Below are positions 34,462 to 42,916 of a DNA stretch of 64,000 nucleotides, piece by piece. The notes under the pieces are model-generated. The model saw only the letters and a list, made by a program, of their open reading frames with translations. It had not been told where the DNA came from and did not search any database. This DNA comes from a virus (Duplodnaviria > Caudoviricetes). Position 1 is the stretch's first letter; the number at the start of each line of letters is the position of its first letter. The stretch lies in IMG/VR virus record IMGVR_UViG_3300029705_000021; one strand, 5' to 3'. A program made the position numbers and the translations under genes.

Positions 34462-37095
34462 ATGAGTAAATATGGCTTAAAAATAAAGAATTTTCAAGCA
34501 GGTTCTTTATTTGGATATAATAATGGAACTAGAGATAGACTTGATAGTACCGATGCAATGCTTACTAATAGTTTGTTTAGTGATTTTATTATTCAAAACG
34601 GATTAAATGTTTGGAAAGGTGAATCTACCAGAGATATTATTTGCATAGAATTTGATTATGGTACTAGAGATTATCAAGGAGAACTCGATAATTTTAACAA
34701 TATAATTAAAAGTATAAATAAAGACGAAAAAATGTCTTTAGAAGAGAAAGAAGAACGAATTGAGAAAATTAATTTTTTGATAAATAGAGCAAACGAAAAT
34801 CAATGTAGATATATCAAAAAATCGGCACATGAATTAAGAGAACTGTTTTATACCGAAGGAGTAGATATTAATTATAAAACCTACAATAAAAAAGGCGAAG
34901 TTATTAAAGAAGATTTAATTCATTATAAAATGTTATATAGAACTCCAGGTAAAGCAAAAAAAGGTTCTTGTATGTTTATTAATGAACAATTATATGATAC
35001 TGCAAGAAATTTTCTTTATATGGGAATACAGTTGTCTGAAAAAAATGCGCCAATTGTTGAGATAGGTGCGTATTCTTCTCTTATTACTTCTACTATCGTT
35101 GGAAAAATACAAATTAGATCAGAGCAAATATTAGTAGTTAATGATGTAGATTCGTTTTATAAAACCAATATCATTAGTATTGAAACTGATGAAAGTAAGC
35201 GTTGTATTTCAAAACCAATTGATGATTATGAGTTAAAGAACACATTGTTTGATGGACAAGCTTTAATTGATACTTCTATCTTTCCAGAATGGGGTGATGG
35301 TTATGTTTTACTAAGACATCATATGTGTAAGATGGCTGCTTTTCATACAAATATAGAATTGTTTATGAGAGAGCACTTTAAAGAAAATTATGATACTGCA
35401 TATATTAATGATATGTGGGGCAATCTCGTTAAGGTTTCGGATATTAAATTAATTACAACGGATAATGCAATGAAATGGCTAAAATTTGATAAATCATTTG
35501 AATATTGGTCTGATTGGGTTAGACAAAATGATTGTATGTTTGGTGTTGTAAAAACTGCGCATCAGAGTAAACTTGGAGAAGTTCAACGTATGAGTTATCA
35601 AATGATTAATGCATTAGATATGGATATCATGCCTCAAGTTACACAATGTAGTATTGATTATATAAATGCATTAAAAACAAACGATGATGTATTTTTGAAT
35701 TATCTTAGAGACAACCAAAACTTTTCTAATGATTTTGAAGTACTAATTGCATTAGTTGAACAAGATAGAGAGTTTTTACGAAGTGAGTATTTTAGACATC
35801 GTAAAGAATATATCATTAAAGCTTATGTTATGAATTTTAAAAATGGAAAGATTATTCAAAACGCAGATAATCTCGTTATTGTTGGATCTCCATATGCAAT
35901 GTTATTACATTCAGTAGGTAAAGATCCTTTAAATGATGAAACTTTTAAAACAGAAGATGGGGCAATTCAATGTTTTACTCAAAGATTTAATGATGGGGAA
36001 TATCTTGCTGAATTTAGAAGTCCATTTAATTCTAAAAATAATATGGGATATTTACATAATGTATATAGTGATAAATTACAAACGTATTTTAATTTTGGAA
36101 AACAAATTATTGCAATTAATATGATAAATACGGATTTCCAAGACAGAAATAACGGATCAGACCAGGATAGCGACAGCCTGTATGTTACTAACCAAAAAGA
36201 GATTGTTGAGTATGCAAAATTTTGCTATTTAAACTATCCAACAATTGTTAATAATATTCCAAAAGAGAAAAATTCATATGATAATACATTATTAAATTTT
36301 GCAAACATAGATAATAATTTATCTGACGCTCAAGAAGCGATTGGTACATCGAGTAATTTGGCTCAAATTGATTTAACATATACTTATAATGCAAAAACAG
36401 ATGAAGATAAAAAGAAGTATGAAAAATATGTATGTATTTTATCAGTTTTAGCACAAGTGGCAATTGATAATGCAAAGCGCAGATTTGATATTGATCTTGT
36501 TAAAGAAATTGACTTGATAAAAAAAGATATGAATATCAAAGAAAATGGGTTTCCTGCATTTTGGGGAATTGTAAAAAAAGATTTTAATAAAAGAAGAATT
36601 AATAAAAACTTGATATGCCCTATGAATTATATATTTGATATTCAAATTGATAAGTATAAAAGCAAGGAATCTACTCTTCCTATGAGTGATTTTTTTGTAA
36701 ATTATCCGATGGAAGAACATAGACGTAAATCAAGAAAGGTTGAAGAATTAATTCAAAAATACTCTCTTGATTTATATACAAAATATCAGAAACCTAAAGA
36801 TTGTGGATATATGGATGACGAAGACGAAGAAGATTCTTATTTACTATTGCGTTCAGATTTTGACGATTTAATTAATGATATAAATCAAATATATATATCT
36901 AAAAATTATTTAGGTTTAATGTCTTGGTTAATTAATCGTGCTTTTCTTATTGGGGCTGGTGCAAGAAGAAATACAAAAGAAATACAATCAACATTAAATA
37001 ATAATAAATCTATTTTATTAAAAACTTTGTATACAATAAATCCTGACGCATTGTTAAAATGTTTTGCAAAAAATATAGAAAAAGTGGACACTTAA
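34462..37095 (+). CDS. yonO: YonO-like single-subunit DNA-dependent RNA polymerase (RdRP-related double-psi barrel)
   Basis: RTPGKAKKG, DGQALID, RSP, GSDQDSD metal motif, AIDNAK; SPbeta-like synteny with HU next. Confidence 0.85.
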   Translation: MSKYGLKIKNFQAGSLFGYNNGTRDRLDSTDAMLTNSLFSDFIIQNGLNVWKGESTRDIICIEFDYGTRDYQGELDNFNNIIKSINKDEKMSLEEKEERIEKINFLINRANENQCRYIKKSAHELRELFYTEGVDINYKTYNKKGEVIKEDLIHYKMLYRTPGKAKKGSCMFINEQLYDTARNFLYMGIQLSEKNAPIVEIGAYSSLITSTIVGKIQIRSEQILVVNDVDSFYKTNIISIETDESKRCISKPIDDYELKNTLFDGQALIDTSIFPEWGDGYVLLRHHMCKMAAFHTNIELFMREHFKENYDTAYINDMWGNLVKVSDIKLITTDNAMKWLKFDKSFEYWSDWVRQNDCMFGVVKTAHQSKLGEVQRMSYQMINALDMDIMPQVTQCSIDYINALKTNDDVFLNYLRDNQNFSNDFEVLIALVEQDREFLRSEYFRHRKEYIIKAYVMNFKNGKIIQNADNLVIVGSPYAMLLHSVGKDPLNDETFKTEDGAIQCFTQRFNDGEYLAEFRSPFNSKNNMGYLHNVYSDKLQTYFNFGKQIIAINMINTDFQDRNNGSDQDSDSLYVTNQKEIVEYAKFCYLNYPTIVNNIPKEKNSYDNTLLNFANIDNNLSDAQEAIGTSSNLAQIDLTYTYNAKTDEDKKKYEKYVCILSVLAQVAIDNAKRRFDIDLVKEIDLIKKDMNIKENGFPAFWGIVKKDFNKRRINKNLICPMNYIFDIQIDKYKSKESTLPMSDFFVNYPMEEHRRKSRKVEELIQKYSLDLYTKYQKPKDCGYMDDEDEEDSYLLLRSDFDDLINDINQIYISKNYLGLMSWLINRAFLIGAGARRNTKEIQSTLNNNKSILLKTLYTINPDALLKCFAKNIEKVDT

Positions 37096-37309
37096 TAATT
37101 TTAAACATTTAAAAACCCCAGTAAAACTAATTAAAATTACAGATTAGCTTAACCAAGTAAATGATAGAAAAGGCGTATTGTCTGAGTAATCAAACCGCTA
37201 ATACCGATTGCGGTATAAAAATATGGGAGTTAACTAAATAAATCCTTTTCGGTGGGCGGTAAAACCGACATATATGAAAAATTTAACTAATTAATTTTAG
37301 AATTTACTA

Positions 37310-37338
37310 TTGACAAATATTGTCAAATATGATAGTAT
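37310..37338 (+). promoter_or_regulatory. sigmaA-type promoter overlapped by inverted repeat TTGACAA-ATA-TTGTCAA
   Basis: TTGACA-17bp-TAGTAT; the inverted repeat covers the -35. Confidence 0.6.
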
Positions 37339-37354
37339 AAAGGAGAATAAGGAT

Positions 37355-37702
37355 ATGAGAGAATTTAGAAACACTAAAGGATGGACAGAGCATTATAATT
37401 CTTTAGAAGAACTAAGAGCTGGATGGAATTTAAAGCCAGCATCAAAGAAAAGACCAAAAGATGAAAAGGCTTTGCAGGAAGCAAGAGAAAAGTTTTTAGG
37501 AACTTGCCCTTGTTGTAAAAATACGCTTTCGTATATCTATGGTTCAAGTTATAAGACTTGCAAGAATGCAGAATGTAAAGGTTTTAAGAAAGTTGAGAAA
37601 AACGAAGACGGAACTGAAAGAGTTTGTTACATTCCATATCTTTCAAAACCACTTGATAAACATGGTAAAGAAATTGCATTGAATTTATTTGATGAAGAAT
37701 AA
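37355..37702 (+). CDS. Zn-finger-like hypothetical protein
   Basis: CPCC...CKNAEC; SD AGGAG before ATG 37355. Confidence 0.65.
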   Translation: MREFRNTKGWTEHYNSLEELRAGWNLKPASKKRPKDEKALQEAREKFLGTCPCCKNTLSYIYGSSYKTCKNAECKGFKKVEKNEDGTERVCYIPYLSKPLDKHGKEIALNLFDEE

Positions 37703-37815
37703 TTTTTTTAATGAAACTAATTAATTTTACATAATATAAATTATGGTTACTCCTCTTCGTCCTGAAGAGATAACAAATAAACAAAATATTTAATGAATAA
37801 AAGGAGAATTAAAAA

Positions 37816-38094
37816 ATGAACAAAGTAGAATTAATCGCAAAAATTGCAGAGGTAAACGAAACAACAAAGAAGGCAGCTGGCGAACAGTTAGATGCAATTG
37901 TTAGTGTAATCACAGAAGCTTTAGTAGATGGTGAAGAAGTTTCACTTACTGGATTTGGAAAGTTTAGTGTAGTAGAAAGAGCTGAACGTCAGGGTGTAAA
38001 TCCTGCCACATCTGAAAAGATTACAATTGCAGCTTCTAAAGCACCAAAGTTTAAAGCAAGCTCTACACTTAAGAATCTTGTAAATGGAAAGTAA
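37816..38094 (+). CDS. hup: HU family DNA-binding protein
   Basis: MNKVELIAKIAE...GFGKFSV.ERAER.GVNPAT.EKI.I.ASKAPKFK. Confidence 0.95.
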   Translation: MNKVELIAKIAEVNETTKKAAGEQLDAIVSVITEALVDGEEVSLTGFGKFSVVERAERQGVNPATSEKITIAASKAPKFKASSTLKNLVNGK

Positions 38095-38158
38095 TTAAAT
38101 AAATTCGTGTGAACATTAAGTTGTTGTGCTGGTTCATTGCCAGCCACACAATTTAAGA

Positions 38159-38254
38159 TGCAAGCAAATTGGGAGTAGCTACCCAATTTATGCGAGAACT
38201 ATCCCCTCGCTGCTTGCAACTTAGATATATAGGGATAGAGAAAGTTAGGGATAG
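38159..38254 (+). promoter_or_regulatory. Structured leader (three-way junction) with anti-SD loop
   Basis: TGCAAGCA/TGCTTGCA, AATTGGG/CCCAATT and GCGAG/CTCGC stems; loop CTATCCC is complementary to two downstream GGGATAG. Confidence 0.6.
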
Positions 38255-38259
38255 AAAAA

Positions 38260-39267
38260 ATGGAAAAGAATAACAAAAGATACGATTATGAATATGTAAA
38301 ATCTAAATTTAAAAAAAAAGACTATACTCTTGTTTCAGAAGAGTATAAAAATAAAAATGAAAAACTAGATTATATTTGTAATAAACATAAAGAATTTGGA
38401 ATACAAAAGGTTAGTTTTGCATCACTGGAATTGAATAATTGTAATTGTAAAAAATGTATAAATGAAAATGCGGTAGGAAAACGTCATAATGTTCCAAAAC
38501 TAACAATTAAAAACTATGATGAATATTTTGAAAAATATAAAAACAAATTGTTTAATGAAGTTGGAGAAGAATATTCTTTGCAAAAAATAGATGTAAAAAA
38601 TAAGAAAACAATGTTATATTTAATACATAATAAATGCAATCAACCATATCCGATTGAACAATATAAATTTTTTAAAAGAAAATATAGATGCCAAAATCCA
38701 GATTGTAAGCATCAAAGAATATCTGACCGTTGTATGAAAACAACAGAACAATTCAAAAAAGAAGTGTTCGATTTGGTTAAAGACGAATATATTATTGAAG
38801 GAGAATATGTTGGTAAAGATAACAATATTCTTTTCAGACATATTACGTGTAACTGTACATTTGAAAAAACACCGCATAATTTTTTAGCAGGTCAGAGATG
38901 TCCTCATTGTATATTGCCAACTAAAGGAGAACAAAAAATTATTGATTATTTGGACAATAATAATATTAAATATACATTTCAGAAAACATATAATGATTTA
39001 AGAGGTATCAATGGTGGGTTATTGTCATATGACATATATTTAGATGATTATAATTGTTTAATTGAATACCAAGGTCATTTTCACGATGGTACTGCGTTTA
39101 AAGAATATGATGAAAAATTTGAACGTCAACAAGAACATGATAAACGAAAACGAGAATATGCAAAATTTCATGGAATAAATTTATTAGAAATTTGGTATTG
39201 GGATTTTGATAATATTGAAAATATATTAATAGACTACTTAAATTTACATAACGAAATTGCAAGCTAA
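38260..39267 (+). CDS. Free-standing homing-type endonuclease (Zn-binding repeats plus PD-(D/E)xK/Vsr-like C-terminus)
   Basis: Repeated CxxH/CxxC modules; GEQKI...YDIYL...IEYQG.FH...HDKRK.EYA...LLEIWY. Confidence 0.75.
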   Translation: MEKNNKRYDYEYVKSKFKKKDYTLVSEEYKNKNEKLDYICNKHKEFGIQKVSFASLELNNCNCKKCINENAVGKRHNVPKLTIKNYDEYFEKYKNKLFNEVGEEYSLQKIDVKNKKTMLYLIHNKCNQPYPIEQYKFFKRKYRCQNPDCKHQRISDRCMKTTEQFKKEVFDLVKDEYIIEGEYVGKDNNILFRHITCNCTFEKTPHNFLAGQRCPHCILPTKGEQKIIDYLDNNNIKYTFQKTYNDLRGINGGLLSYDIYLDDYNCLIEYQGHFHDGTAFKEYDEKFERQQEHDKRKREYAKFHGINLLEIWYWDFDNIENILIDYLNLHNEIAS

Positions 39268-39317
39268 AATAAAAAAACTAAATATTATACAAGTAGGGTG
39301 TTCTACCCTACTTCTAT

Positions 39318-39390
39318 GGGAACTTAGCTCAGTAGGCAGAGCGTTTGGCTGTTAACCAAAATGTCATATGTTCGATCCCTATAGTTCCCG
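39318..39390 (+). tRNA. tRNA-Asn(GTT)
   Basis: Acceptor GGGAACT/AGTTCCC, anticodon arm TTTGG-CTGTTAA-CCAAA, one mismatch in the T stem. Confidence 0.85.
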
Positions 39391-39415
39391 TTCCTTATTC
39401 TATGGTGGAATAAGA

Positions 39416-40039
39416 ATCCTATGATGTATACTGACTCAGATAAGTATATTAGGCTCTCTTCGGAATGACTGCATCCGTATCTGAAAACAAATCAGTAGTC
39501 AATACTCATCCATCCTAGTGTGGTATGAGCTGAGATTTTGTCAGATTGACATTTTCGTATTGTCTCCGAGAGTGACGGGACATTAATTTAGAATATCGCT
39601 CAATTGTAAGTTAAAAGAATAGGTCGAATATTCTTTCCTCTCAACTGTTGGTGCATTCCTAGGGAAGTAAGACTATCTATAGAAGTAGATTAAGCCAAAC
39701 ATACTGGTCACATGGGCAATGTTTGTACGAAAGAGGTTCTGGTGTTATAGACCACCCTAAAAAATGATTGGAACGTAGCCACGTTTGAATAATAGGCTAG
39801 TGAGTAGGGATGACCTCCGAAAGCGATTAATAAAAGAACCTAACACGCCTCTCGATGATGCGTACCACGTTAGGTCATTTGAAAAGAACCCTTAAGTGGG
39901 CAACTATGCTCTTTATGAGCCGTACATAAGTACATTACTAAGCATGAATGGAACAAATTCTCTATTCTAAACAACTGGTTGTGTACAGACCAATAAGAAG
40001 TTAGTTAGTGCTTTATACTTCTTATTAATTTTGTAGGAT
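39416..40039 (+). ncRNA. Candidate large structured ncRNA (~625 nt)
   Basis: ORF-free, GC-richer than flanks, more than ten hairpins, terminal ATCCTAT/GTAGGAT pairing, lies between tRNAs. Confidence 0.6.
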
Positions 40040-40108
40040 CGCCTAACGCCATCTAGTTCGCCAAAGTGCAGGATAAGAAATTAGAAAATGTTAGGCTTAA
40101 AAATATAT

Positions 40109-40183
40109 AGCGGAGTAGAGCAGTTCGGTAGCTCGTCAGCCCCATAAGCTGAAGGTCGTGGGTTCAAATCCCACCTCTCGCAA
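40109..40183 (+). tRNA. tRNA-Met(CAT), initiator-like, degenerate
   Basis: fMet-like D arm, anticodon loop CCCATAA (C instead of U33), extra base in the 3' acceptor strand. Confidence 0.65.
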
Positions 40184-40186
40184 TCA

Positions 40187-40289
40187 TAGATAGTTACAGC
40201 AAATTTAAATCTTAACGAAGCTCCAGTAATTGCTTTTCGCAGGTTCGACTCCTGTGTGTAAAAGAGACGGTTCTCAAAACAACTATCTA
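40187..40289 (+). ncRNA. ACAGCAA-motif stem-closed RNA, copy 1 (contains a T-arm-like hairpin)
   Basis: TAGATAGTT/AACTATCTA stem, ACAGCAAA just inside it, GCAGG-TTCGACT-CCTGT. Confidence 0.5.
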
Positions 40290-40297
40290 GAATTTAT

Positions 40298-40370
40298 TGA
40301 GTAGTAGCTCAGTTGGGAGAGCACTAGTTTTGGGAACTAGGGGTCGTGAGTTCGAGTCTCACTTATTCAA
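40298..40370 (+). tRNA. tRNA-Pro(TGG)
   Basis: Cloverleaf, CTAGT-TTTGGGA-ACTAG, GTTCGAG T loop. Confidence 0.85.
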
Positions 40371-40374
40371 TTAT

Positions 40375-40446
40375 GGTGTCATTAGTTTAATGGTAAAACG
40401 TCAGAATGTGGGTCTGAAGTTAAAAGTTCGATTCTTTTATGATACC
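40375..40446 (+). tRNA. tRNA-His(GTG)
   Basis: G-1 plus GTGTCAT/ATGATAC acceptor, TCAGA-ATGTGGG-TCTGA. Confidence 0.8.
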
Positions 40447-40546
40447 CTTGGTTGCCTAATGCATAGCTATAGGCGTAATTCCTACCACTATCCTCTTACT
40501 GGCGAATTGCTGGGAGTGCGCACGAATAGAGGCAATGGTGTATTAT

Positions 40547-40619
40547 GCACTTGTGATGTAATTGGCTAACATACTGGTCTTCCAAATCGGTTATGTGGGA
40601 TCGTACCCCATCAAGTGCT
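40547..40619 (+). tRNA. tRNA-Gly(TCC)
   Basis: GCACTTG/CAAGTGC acceptor, CTTCCAA loop, atypical T loop ATCGTAC. Confidence 0.8.
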
Positions 40620-40622
40620 CTT

Positions 40623-40728
40623 AAGACACGAACAGCAAACTTATATGTTATATGATGAATAAAATTATAAAGAAATTACAGATTTAAGTATTTACTGATA
40701 GAAATTAACTATATCAATGTTGTGTCTT
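40623..40728 (+). ncRNA. ACAGCAA-motif stem-closed RNA, copy 2
   Basis: AAGACACG/TGTGTCTT stem followed by AACAGCAAA. Confidence 0.45.
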
Positions 40729-40730
40729 GT

Positions 40731-40841
40731 AAGGCGTGTTAACTGCAATATTTCAAATAGCAACAAGAAATTTTATTTAATTAATTATCTCCTATCTAAA
40801 ACTTTAAATTTTAAATATTCTATTTATTATAATTGCGCCTT
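40731..40841 (+). ncRNA. ACAGCAA-motif stem-closed RNA, copy 3 (ACTGCAA variant)
   Basis: AAGGCGTG/TGCGCCTT stem followed by TTAACTGCAAT. Confidence 0.4.
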
Positions 40842-40848
40842 GTTTTAT

Positions 40849-40921
40849 GGCTCTATAGGAGAATGGCTAATCCGTCTGACTGTCTATCAGAAGATTGTGG
40901 GTTCGAACCCCACTAGAGTCG
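40849..40921 (+). tRNA. tRNA-Asp(GTC)
   Basis: GGCTCTA/TAGAGTC acceptor, TCTGA-CTGTCTA-TCAGA. Confidence 0.88.
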
Positions 40922-40928
40922 TTTATTT

Positions 40929-41018
40929 GCCCATTTAATCCTAATTGGTAAGGAAGTGGTCTTGAAAACCACTAGTAATCGAGCAATCGGTGTCTCAGTT
41001 CGAGTCTGAGGGTGGGCG
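40929..41018 (+). tRNA. tRNA-Ser(TGA)
   Basis: GTGGT-CTTGAAA-ACCAC, long variable arm, GTTCGAG. Confidence 0.88.
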
Positions 41019-41026
41019 TTTATTAT

Positions 41027-41109
41027 TCGTAGGTAGCCCAGTGGCGAAGGCGGCGCACTGTAAATCTGTTACATAAGAAACATCGTAGGTTCGAGTCCTA
41101 CCCTGCGAA
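41027..41109 (+). tRNA. tRNA-Tyr(GTA), anticodon stem mismatched
   Basis: TCGTAGG/CCTGCGA acceptor, CTGTAAA loop, long variable arm; stem GCGCA/TCTGT pairs poorly. Confidence 0.7.
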
Positions 41110-41162
41110 CTATTAATCTCCTATTGTATTAGGAGAAATTTAAAATGAAAAGAGGAAAATAA

Positions 41163-41390
41163 ATGTTATTAATTTCAAAAGAGGTAGCACATAAGTTACA
41201 CGATGAATACGGAATTCGATGGAAAGATAATGGAATTTCAAAAAGTAGAACTAAACATCCCAAATATTATTTATGTGAATCTGAATGGAATCTGAAAAAA
41301 TTATTATCTATCACTCCAAATGAAAAAGCAGAACGACTGTTGAAAGAAATTAGAGATAGAAAAAAAGAAGAAAAAGAAAATACATACTAG
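41163..41390 (+). CDS. Hypothetical protein
   Basis: 75-aa ORF with SD GAGG. Confidence 0.7.
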   Translation: MLLISKEVAHKLHDEYGIRWKDNGISKSRTKHPKYYLCESEWNLKKLLSITPNEKAERLLKEIRDRKKEEKENTY

Positions 41391-41411
41391 GATATTTGAT
41401 ACTAAAATAAT

Positions 41412-42866
41412 ATGAAAGGTGGAATACCTTTGGGAAAGAAAAAATTAAAAGAGATTAAAATCTCATTTGTAGATGAGCCAGCAGCTGAAGATGTGACTGG
41501 TTCATTTGTATTAGTAGAAACACCACATCATAAAATTGGATTAGATTGTGGTCTTAGTCAGTCAAACGATAAATATTTAGACTTTATGACAAATAATCGT
41601 AAGACTAAAGAGTTTAAACCGAAAGACTTAGATATTATATTCGTTAGCCATTTGCATGGAGATCATTGCTTGCTAGTACCAAAGTACTATAAAAATGGGT
41701 TTAGAGGTGCTACTGTTATATCTCAGGGAAGTAAAGATGTTTTTAAAGCAATGGCTGAAGATTCAGCTTTTATATCAGAAAGAGATATTTTAGTAATTAA
41801 TAATCAGCATAATAAAAATTATGATCCATTATATTCAATTGAAGATGTAAATCTAATGATGGAATATACTATTGAAAAGCCAGTTAATCAAAAAATTGTA
41901 ATTGACGAAGAATTGTCATTTGAATTCATCCCATCTGGTCATTTATTAGGTGGATGTCAAATAATTTTATATATTACTATTGATGGTTTAACAAAATCAA
42001 TTTTGTATACTGGAGATATTGGAAATAGAGAAATTCATAATTATTTTGTAGGTGAATATCAGCCTATAGATAGATTTGTTGACTTAGCAATTTGCGAAAC
42101 TACATATGGAGATAGACCAGATTTAAAAACTGGTATAAAGGAAAGAAATAATGATTTAGATAAATTAAAGTCTATTATTGACACACAAGTACATGAAATG
42201 AATGGTAGAGTTTTAATTCCGAGTTTTGCACAGAGCAGAGTTCAGCAATTAGCATTAATGATTTATCAATTATATAAAAATGAAGAATGGCAACCAAAAG
42301 TATATATTGACTCCCCTCTTGCTATTACTATTTTTAAAGAATATGAAAAGATTTTAGAGGGAGAAGAAAAAGAATTATTTGATGAACTATTAGCTTGGGA
42401 TAAATTAGTATTTGTAAAAGAGTCAGAATCAAGTAAAGAGTTAGTCGAATCAAAAGAAGCTTGTTGTGTAATTAGTACAGCAGGAATGTGTCAGGTCGGT
42501 AGGGTAAGACATCATTTAAAGTCTTTAGTATCAAATCCAAATGCAACTATATTGTTTGTTGGATTTTCTACGCCTGGTAGTTTGGCTACTTTGCTTAAAG
42601 ACAATAAGACAAAATCAATTATTATTGATACTAAAGAATATAAATGTAGATGTGCTTCTTACAGCTTAAAGTCTATGAGTGGACATATGCCTTTTGGGCA
42701 GATGTTACAAACATATTCAGATTTAAATTGTAATAAAATAGTTCTTCATCATGGAAGCACTGAAGCAAAAGAAACTTTTAGTAAAGCTTTAAAAAAAGAA
42801 TTAGAAAAGAAATGTAAATCAACTAGAGTTGTAATTGCTAATTCTAGTTTAAAATTTAATTTATAA
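41412..42866 (+). CDS. Metallo-beta-lactamase/beta-CASP ribonuclease
   Basis: VTGS, LDCG, SHLHGDH, SGHLLG, YTGD, ETTYG, PSFA..R.Q, DSPLA, SGH and HG motifs. Confidence 0.9.
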   Translation: MKGGIPLGKKKLKEIKISFVDEPAAEDVTGSFVLVETPHHKIGLDCGLSQSNDKYLDFMTNNRKTKEFKPKDLDIIFVSHLHGDHCLLVPKYYKNGFRGATVISQGSKDVFKAMAEDSAFISERDILVINNQHNKNYDPLYSIEDVNLMMEYTIEKPVNQKIVIDEELSFEFIPSGHLLGGCQIILYITIDGLTKSILYTGDIGNREIHNYFVGEYQPIDRFVDLAICETTYGDRPDLKTGIKERNNDLDKLKSIIDTQVHEMNGRVLIPSFAQSRVQQLALMIYQLYKNEEWQPKVYIDSPLAITIFKEYEKILEGEEKELFDELLAWDKLVFVKESESSKELVESKEACCVISTAGMCQVGRVRHHLKSLVSNPNATILFVGFSTPGSLATLLKDNKTKSIIIDTKEYKCRCASYSLKSMSGHMPFGQMLQTYSDLNCNKIVLHHGSTEAKETFSKALKKELEKKCKSTRVVIANSSLKFNL

Positions 42867-42916
42867 AAATATGAATTGGGTTATCCCAATTAGGAATTAA
42901 AAGGAGAAATAAAAGT

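Noticed and set aside
38105-38152. tRNA gene after HU
   Set aside because: Only a T-arm-like hairpin (GCTGG-TTCATTG-CCAGC), with no D or anticodon arm
40447-40540. Theta/HDV-like ribozyme after tRNA-His
   Set aside because: Only simple hairpins found; I could not assemble the nested double pseudoknot or J4/2
40297-40938. ORFs 40297-40569 and 40717-40938
   Set aside because: They overlap tRNA genes and ncRNA elements and have no SD
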